This document shows positions 58,708-64,000 of a stretch of 64,000 bases of DNA, one piece after another. Below the pieces are notes generated by a model. That model had not been told where the DNA came from and made no database searches. It worked only from the letters and a program-made list of their open reading frames with translations. Numbering within the stretch: position 1 is the first letter of the stretch; each line of letters begins with the position of its first letter. Position numbers and translations under genes: made by a program. Location of the stretch: the NCBI GenBank assembly GCA_964534665.1, contig CAZHRT010000001.1, forward strand, positions 76,037 through 140,036, in the 5' to 3' direction. This DNA comes from an uncultured Methanosarcinales archaeon (lineage in GTDB: Archaea > Nanobdellota > Nanobdellia > Woesearchaeales > JAHJBD01).

Positions 58708-60080
58708 TTTTTTTCTTCCTCCATATTTGCTCCTATACTCTTCATAAATTCCAAGTAATTAGGAAATGTAACACTTACAGCCTCGGCTGTTGTCACCTCT
58801 GTTTTTCCTTCTGCAATTAGCCCTGCTAAACTTAGTGCCATTACAACTCTATGATCATGATGGCCCTGAACTTTTGCCCCTTTAAGTTGGCTTTGCATTA
58901 TTTGTAAACCATCGTGCAATTCTAAAACATCTACACCCATTTTAGATAGTTCCTTAGCCATAACTTTAATCCTATCTGTTTCCTTAATTCTTGCATGCGC
59001 AACATTCTTTATAATAGTTTTCCCTTTAGCAAAACAGCCTAATATTGATACTGCAGGTAATGCATCAGGGGTTTGATTTAAATCTAATTCACAACCCACT
59101 AATTCTTTCCCTTTAATTCTAATACCTTGTTCTTCAATAGTAATATCTGCGCCCATCTTTCTCAAATATTCAATAATTTGCTTATCACCTTGGATATCTT
59201 CTAAATCTAAACCCTTAAGCAATACATTTGATTTTGTAATTGCTGCAGCAACTAATGGAAAAGCAGCTGAACTCCAATCAGACGGAATTATAATTTCCAT
59301 TGGCTTGTACTTTTGTCCCCCCTTTATTTTAAAATGTCTTAACCCATCTGCTTCATAATTAATTTCTTGTTGATTAAGATATTTAAGAGTCATTTCAACA
59401 TAAGGTTCCTCACATAAATTGAGCACAATAATCTCAGTATCATTCTCAACTAACGGACAACTTATCAATAAACTAGACAGATATTGTGAAGACCTACAAT
59501 CTATTTCAGTCTTACCACCTTTCATTGGACCAGTTACTTCTATTGGTGGACACCCATCATTATTTTGTGATAAAACACTTGCCCCTAAATTATTTAATGC
59601 ATTTAGTAAAGGTTGTACTGGCCTAGTCCTTAATGAATCATCCCCATCTAAAATAACTTGAAAATCTCCTAAAGCAACAACTGAAGTTAACAAATTAATT
59701 GATGTTCCACTATTTAACATGTCAAGAACTATCTGATTAGGAGGGTCTTGAGCATTCTCAGAAATCAGCTCGTCAGATTCAGATGAAACAGGTGTTTTGT
59801 TAGTGCCGATTTCAGATGTGTTAAGTGGTTCTTCTGGTTTTTTGGGTTTACTTCCAAAACCTTCAATAATTAACTTCCCATCAAGTTCTTCTATCTTTGC
59901 TCCAAGTGCTTTACACCCTTCAATTGCAGCTTTTGTATCTGCAGACATTAAAGGATTCTCTAAAACAGATTTTCCTTCAGCAAGTGAAGCAATTATCACA
60001 GATCTAATTGTATGAGACTTAGAACTAGGTATAACAACTTCCCCGTTCAATTCTTCTGTTTTTTTAATTACTAATTTCAT
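58704..60080 (-). CDS. aroA: EPSP synthase with a ~33-aa in-frame insertion
   Basis: PSSKSHTIR; SSQYLSSLL; RIKETDRI; DHRVVMA; VTFPNY. Confidence 0.96.
   Translation of the reverse strand: MKLVIKKTEELNGEVVIPSSKSHTIRSVIIASLAEGKSVLENPLMSADTKAAIEGCKALGAKIEELDGKLIIEGFGSKPKKPEEPLNTSEIGTNKTPVSSESDELISENAQDPPNQIVLDMLNSGTSINLLTSVVALGDFQVILDGDDSLRTRPVQPLLNALNNLGASVLSQNNDGCPPIEVTGPMKGGKTEIDCRSSQYLSSLLISCPLVENDTEIIVLNLCEEPYVEMTLKYLNQQEINYEADGLRHFKIKGGQKYKPMEIIIPSDWSSAAFPLVAAAITKSNVLLKGLDLEDIQGDKQIIEYLRKMGADITIEEQGIRIKGKELVGCELDLNQTPDALPAVSILGCFAKGKTIIKNVAHARIKETDRIKVMAKELSKMGVDVLELHDGLQIMQSQLKGAKVQGHHDHRVVMALSLAGLIAEGKTEVTTAEAVSVTFPNYLEFMKSIGANMEEEKK
59720..59820. repeat. In-frame double-hairpin palindromic element inside aroA
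   Basis: Minus strand CATCTGAAATCGGC..GCTGATTTCTGA-GAATGC-TCAAGAC..GTTCTTGACA; same architecture as 7688-7816. Confidence 0.7.
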
Positions 60081-61471
60081 TTTAACCAGATATTAAATTG
60101 TTCCATAGCTTGATTAACAAACATTTCTTCTCCTGAAATTACTTTACACCTATTGGCCTGTGCGTCCTTTAATAATTTTGTATACTTTGGATTATATATC
60201 ACATCCATAACAACCATACCTTTCAATAATTTCTTATCAATAGGTGATTTACTTGTTTTCGGTGCCATCCCAACTGATGTTGTATTGATTAAACAATCAA
60301 CATTAAGATGTGTAATATTTAATCCATCATATGCACAATGCAGTTGTTTAGCTAAAAGTCTAGCTTTTTCTAAGGTCCTATTTAAGATTATTAAACTTCC
60401 ACCTTTTTTCTTAATCCCAAAAGCAATAGCTTTAGCTGCACCACCTGCACCAATTATTACAAAATCTTTATTCTTAATTTTGATACGTTTTTCAATTGCT
60501 TTTACAGCGCCAACCGAATCTGTATTGTAACCAATCAACTGATTACCTTTTTTAACAACTGTATTAACAGCATCAATCTGCTTTGCAGTACTTGAAACTT
60601 TATCAAGTTGTTTCATGATCGTTTTTTTATGTGGCATAGTTATACTCAACCCATTAATAATTGATTTAAACCCATTAACAAAACCGCCAACATCATCTAC
60701 TAAAAAATTAACATAAACTGCATTAATTCTTCTCTTATCAAACATATTATTATGAATCAAATAACCTTTAGATTTTGAAACAGGATTTCCAACTAACCCA
60801 AAGATTTTTGTTTTACTATTAAGTTTATCAACTTTGTAAACATTTTTTAATTTATCAACTGTTATTTGACCAGAGGCTGATTCTTTCCCTTCTTCCAAAC
60901 TACCAAAAGTAAGTAAAGCACCTAAAGCAGGAGATAAAATTCTACTAATTTCACCTTTTTCACCCATACACAACCCTATTATCTTTTTCTTATCTTTTAC
61001 AGCTTTTTTAATAAGGTCAAATATAATCAAGTTATCATTAATTGTGTTTGCAAAAGCTACAATCTTAATAATATCTGGATTTAATCTCTTAATTTTCTTA
61101 TAAGTCTCTTGAATCTGTTTCTTATCTGTTCTCTTAAAATTATGCCATGAAACAATAATCTTAGATTTCCCTTTAATCAAACTTTTAATTACATTCTCAT
61201 TAGTTCTTGCCTCAACATCAACATACTCAACACCTAAATCAACAGCTTTTCTTAACAATTCAATCCTTTTCTTTTCATCAAGCTTATACTTACCACCTTC
61301 ATCTTTTCTTCTAATGGTAATAATTTTTTTATTTGGAATTGCAATCAACTGTTCTAACTTTTTTTCATTTAAATTTTGAATGTAATCCAGTCTTAACTCT
61401 ATTAAACCTGCTTTTCGCGCTTGTTTTTTCGCTTCTTCAACACTTGAAGCAATTATTGGTACTGCTATCAT
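60077..61471 (-). CDS. aroDE: Fused type I 3-dehydroquinate dehydratase / shikimate dehydrogenase (AroD-AroE)
   Basis: IELRLD, IVSWH, MGEKGEISR, SGQ; then SITMPHK, AVNT, GYNTD, GAGGAA. Confidence 0.94.
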   Translation of the reverse strand: MIAVPIIASSVEEAKKQARKAGLIELRLDYIQNLNEKKLEQLIAIPNKKIITIRRKDEGGKYKLDEKKRIELLRKAVDLGVEYVDVEARTNENVIKSLIKGKSKIIVSWHNFKRTDKKQIQETYKKIKRLNPDIIKIVAFANTINDNLIIFDLIKKAVKDKKKIIGLCMGEKGEISRILSPALGALLTFGSLEEGKESASGQITVDKLKNVYKVDKLNSKTKIFGLVGNPVSKSKGYLIHNNMFDKRRINAVYVNFLVDDVGGFVNGFKSIINGLSITMPHKKTIMKQLDKVSSTAKQIDAVNTVVKKGNQLIGYNTDSVGAVKAIEKRIKIKNKDFVIIGAGGAAKAIAFGIKKKGGSLIILNRTLEKARLLAKQLHCAYDGLNITHLNVDCLINTTSVGMAPKTSKSPIDKKLLKGMVVMDVIYNPKYTKLLKDAQANRCKVISGEEMFVNQAMEQFNIWLK

Positions 61472-61473
61472 AT

Positions 61474-62547
61474 TTATTCCAATACTTTTAATACCATTTT
61501 TTCATCAACTTTCTTATTGTAAACTGCTTTTCCAATTCCGTCCAAAAGCACATATTCAGCAACTCCATCTCTAGCTTTTTTATCTAAAGTAGTTGCTTTA
61601 ATTATTTCTTGAGCCAAAATTCCTTTAGGAACATCAATTGGAAGTTTAGCACTTTTAATCACTGATTTAATCATATCTAAATCATCTTGACTTAACATAC
61701 CTAATTCTAATGATATCTCAGCCTCAGCAACCATACCAATCGCAACCGCCTCACCATGATTTAATTTAAAATTGCTTAAATTTTCAACTGCGTGCCCAAT
61801 TGTATGTCCAAAATTAACTATTTTTCTTAATCCACCTTCTTTTTCATCAAGCTCAACAATTTTTCCTTTGATTTCACAATTTCTTTTAATCAATTCTGAT
61901 AAAACTGTTTCATCTTTACTATAAATCCTATCAACATTTTTTTTAATAAAATCTAACAAATCTTTATCCCTAATTAAAGCGTGCTTAATTATTTCAGCCA
62001 TTCCATTTGCCATTTGTCTTTCTGGTAAAGATTTCAATACAGAAACATCTATCAAAACTAACTTTGGTTGATGAAAAGCACCAATTAAATTCTTTCCAAG
62101 TGAATGATCAATTGCTGTTTTTCCACCAACAGAGCTATCTACATCAGCTAACAAAGTTGTAGGCACTTGAACATAAGGAATTCCCCTAAATAATGTAGCT
62201 GCAACAAAACCGGCAATATCTCCAACAACACCCCCACCTAAAGCGATTATTGCTGAATCTCTACCTGCACCAAGTGAAATGAGTTTGTCTTCAAGTTCTG
62301 CTTTAACCTTTCTGGATTTACTTTTCTCACCAGCTATAAAACTAATTAATTCTGCTTGTAATCCTGACTTTCTTAAATCTTTTAATAAGCCTTCACCAAA
62401 AAGTTTTCTAGTAGTTTCATCAGTAATCACAAAATACTTTTCAGCAATTTTTCTCTTAACTAATTCATCAGCCAAACTTAGTTTACTACCTATCAAAATA
62501 TCATACGAGTTATCAATCTGTTTTTTTAGATTAACCTTAACTTTCAT
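61474..62547 (-). CDS. aroB: 3-dehydroquinate synthase (bacterial type)
   Basis: [42 protein letters not shown]. Confidence 0.97.
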   Translation of the reverse strand: MKVKVNLKKQIDNSYDILIGSKLSLADELVKRKIAEKYFVITDETTRKLFGEGLLKDLRKSGLQAELISFIAGEKSKSRKVKAELEDKLISLGAGRDSAIIALGGGVVGDIAGFVAATLFRGIPYVQVPTTLLADVDSSVGGKTAIDHSLGKNLIGAFHQPKLVLIDVSVLKSLPERQMANGMAEIIKHALIRDKDLLDFIKKNVDRIYSKDETVLSELIKRNCEIKGKIVELDEKEGGLRKIVNFGHTIGHAVENLSNFKLNHGEAVAIGMVAEAEISLELGMLSQDDLDMIKSVIKSAKLPIDVPKGILAQEIIKATTLDKKARDGVAEYVLLDGIGKAVYNKKVDEKMVLKVLE

Positions 62548-63557
62548 AGTTTCCTCCCAACAGCTTCTGCTATAGGTTTTAATTCTTTCATTAATTTATC
62601 AAATTCTTCAGTTGACAATGTTTGATCTGCATCTGAGACTGCTTTATCTGGGTGTGGGTGAACTTCAATTATAATCCCATCTGCTCCAGCAGCAACTGAT
62701 GCTTTTGTAACCGGTCCAACAAGACTCTTTTTTCCTGTTGCATGGCTTGGGTCAACAATAACTGGAAGATGTGTTAATTCTTTTAATACGGGAATTGCAT
62801 TAATATCCAAAGTATTTCTAGTGTAAGTCTCAAATGTTCTTATTCCTCGTTCACATAACATTACTTCCCTATTGCCTTCTGACATAATATATTCAGCAGC
62901 AAGCAAAAGTTCCTTGTAAGTTGCCCACATGCCTCTTTTAAGCAAAACAGGTTTTTTTACTTTTCCTACTTCTTTTAATAAAGGATAATTTTGCATATTT
63001 CTAGTTCCAATCTGTAAAATATCTGCATATTTTGCAACTAATTCTACATCTCTAACATCCATTACTTCTGTTGCAATCTTTAACCCTGTTGCATCTCTTG
63101 CTTTTGCAAGCAACTTAAGACCTTTTTCACCGAGACCTTGGAATGAATATGGTCCTGTCCTTGGTTTAAATGCTCCACCCCTCAATATTTGAGCACCAGA
63201 TTTTTTAACAGCTTTTGCAGTTGCCATTATTTGTTCTTCATCTTCAACAGCACAAGGTCCAGCCATAACAATAACCTTATCTCCACCAATAATCAAATCT
63301 CCAACCCTAACTTTACTTGGTTTCTCCTTAGCCTCTTTACTAACTAATTTGTAAGGTTGTAAGACTTCCATAACTTTCTCAACACTATCCATTGCCTTAA
63401 GAGAAGCAATAGGTAATACCCTTTCATCTCCAATAATCGCTATAACTGTTCTTTCTGTACCATGCAATGGAACAGGCTTTAATTTAGCACCTTCTATTTT
63501 TTTCAATACATCATCAATTTCTTGTTTTTTTGCGTTTTTCTTCATTACAACTATCAT
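62544..63557 (-). CDS. aroF: DAHP synthase type I-beta with N-terminal regulatory domain
   Basis: MIVVMK..; [34 protein letters not shown]. Confidence 0.96.
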   Translation of the reverse strand: MIVVMKKNAKKQEIDDVLKKIEGAKLKPVPLHGTERTVIAIIGDERVLPIASLKAMDSVEKVMEVLQPYKLVSKEAKEKPSKVRVGDLIIGGDKVIVMAGPCAVEDEEQIMATAKAVKKSGAQILRGGAFKPRTGPYSFQGLGEKGLKLLAKARDATGLKIATEVMDVRDVELVAKYADILQIGTRNMQNYPLLKEVGKVKKPVLLKRGMWATYKELLLAAEYIMSEGNREVMLCERGIRTFETYTRNTLDINAIPVLKELTHLPVIVDPSHATGKKSLVGPVTKASVAAGADGIIIEVHPHPDKAVSDADQTLSTEEFDKLMKELKPIAEAVGRKL

Positions 63558-63655
63558 TTTATCCCTCGCTTTTTCTGATTTTTTATCTTTTTAGATTTTT
63601 CTTATATTTTCTCTTTTTATGTAGAGATTTGTCTCTATTATTTTTAAACTTAGTG

Positions 63656-63682
63656 GTCTCCCCTGTATTAAAACCGGGAGAC
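63656..63682 (-). promoter_or_regulatory. GC-rich leader hairpin beginning in the stop codon of the leader ORF
   Basis: GTCTCCC-N13-GGGAGAC perfect 7-bp stem; second hairpin TAGAGA-CAAA-TCTCTA at 63622-63637. Confidence 0.65.
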
Positions 63683-63759
63683 TAACAAAAATAAAAGAAA
63701 CTTACATCTAGAAAAAACTCTTTTAACATAACTATATTTGTTCTTTCTAATGCTATCAT
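63682..63759 (-). CDS. Candidate Phe/Tyr-rich leader peptide of the aro operon (25 aa from ATG 63759, or 15 aa from ATG 63729)
   Basis: (MIALERTNIV)MLKEFFLDVSFFYFC*; 5 Phe plus 1 Tyr in the last 11 codons; lies between a TATA box and aroF. Confidence 0.6.
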   Translation of the reverse strand: MIALERTNIVMLKEFFLDVSFFYFC

Positions 63760-63782
63760 AATAATATAGTAATGGGCTTTAA

Positions 63783-63797
63783 TATTTAAAGTTTTTG
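63783..63797 (-). promoter_or_regulatory. BRE/TATA promoter for the leader-aro operon
   Basis: Minus strand CAAAAAC-TTTAAATA; the first T of the TATA box is 31 nt upstream of ATG 63759. Confidence 0.55.
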
Positions 63798-63871
63798 TGT
63801 TTTTTACAGTAAATAATCTATTTTTTAAGAGAAAAGTATATAAATGTCTAGCCGCCTCATTAATCGTGCAA

Positions 63872-64000
63872 ATGATATCAAAATTTCCAATAGACATAAG
63901 CGGTTATAAACCACTAAAATTTAATATTTCTAAAGAATCATATGATAAAAAACAATTAGAAACAAATATCCAGATAGTTAGAGATGTAATTGTATTCTTT
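63872..64000 (+). CDS. Probable transketolase-family protein, N-terminus (runs off the window end)
   Basis: Hand translation MISKFPIDISGYKPLKFNISKESYDKKQLETNIQIVRDVIVFF, recalled as similar to FPID..Y.PL..L..NIQL.RD.IVFF transketolase N-termini; TATA-like GAAAAGTATATAAA at 63831-63844. Confidence 0.6.
   Translation, partial: MISKFPIDISGYKPLKFNISKESYDKKQLETNIQIVRDVIVFF

Noticed and set aside
63656..63682. Hairpin as a classical intrinsic terminator
   Set aside because: No U-tract follows on the minus strand, and no gene ends here on either strand apart from the leader ORF.
63682..63897. Full 71-aa version of the leader ORF
   Set aside because: Its 5' part crosses both divergent TATA boxes and overlaps the opposite-strand gene start. 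Only the part from ATG 63759 or 63729 is plausible.
1..64000. CRISPR array, rRNA genes, transposases, prophage or recognisable defence systems
   Set aside because: No regularly spaced repeats, rRNA-like tracts or such protein motifs were seen in the window.

Overview
Low-GC archaeal chromosomal window. A DPANN (Woesearchaeota-like) origin is inferred from the fused PriS-PriL primase, the long uS14, the archaeal ribosomal protein set and BRE/TATA promoters. Most of the window is housekeeping: the S13-S4-S11-rpoD-tRNA-Leu-L18e-L13-S9-rpoN cluster, the large L3...SecY...L14e operon, RNase P RNA, Sec61beta, NAC, gyrA, scpB, PCNA, RNase J, Hef, primase and pheST. Four tRNA genes are present and all contain introns; His and Gly each carry two, including non-canonical T-arm introns. 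Standout observations: (1) a bacterial-type aroF-aroB-aroDE-aroA-aroC-tyrA-pheA operon preceded by a short Phe/Tyr-rich leader ORF (...MLKEFFLDVSFFYFC*) whose stop codon overlaps a hairpin with alternative pairings, a candidate ribosome-sensing attenuator in an archaeon; (2) a dispersed double-hairpin palindromic element found between genes and in-frame inside aroA and rpl14e; (3) a free-standing LAGLIDADG endonuclease gene that ends inside the doubly intron-containing tRNA-His, right beside the T-arm intron. All calls come from reading the sequence; no searches were run.
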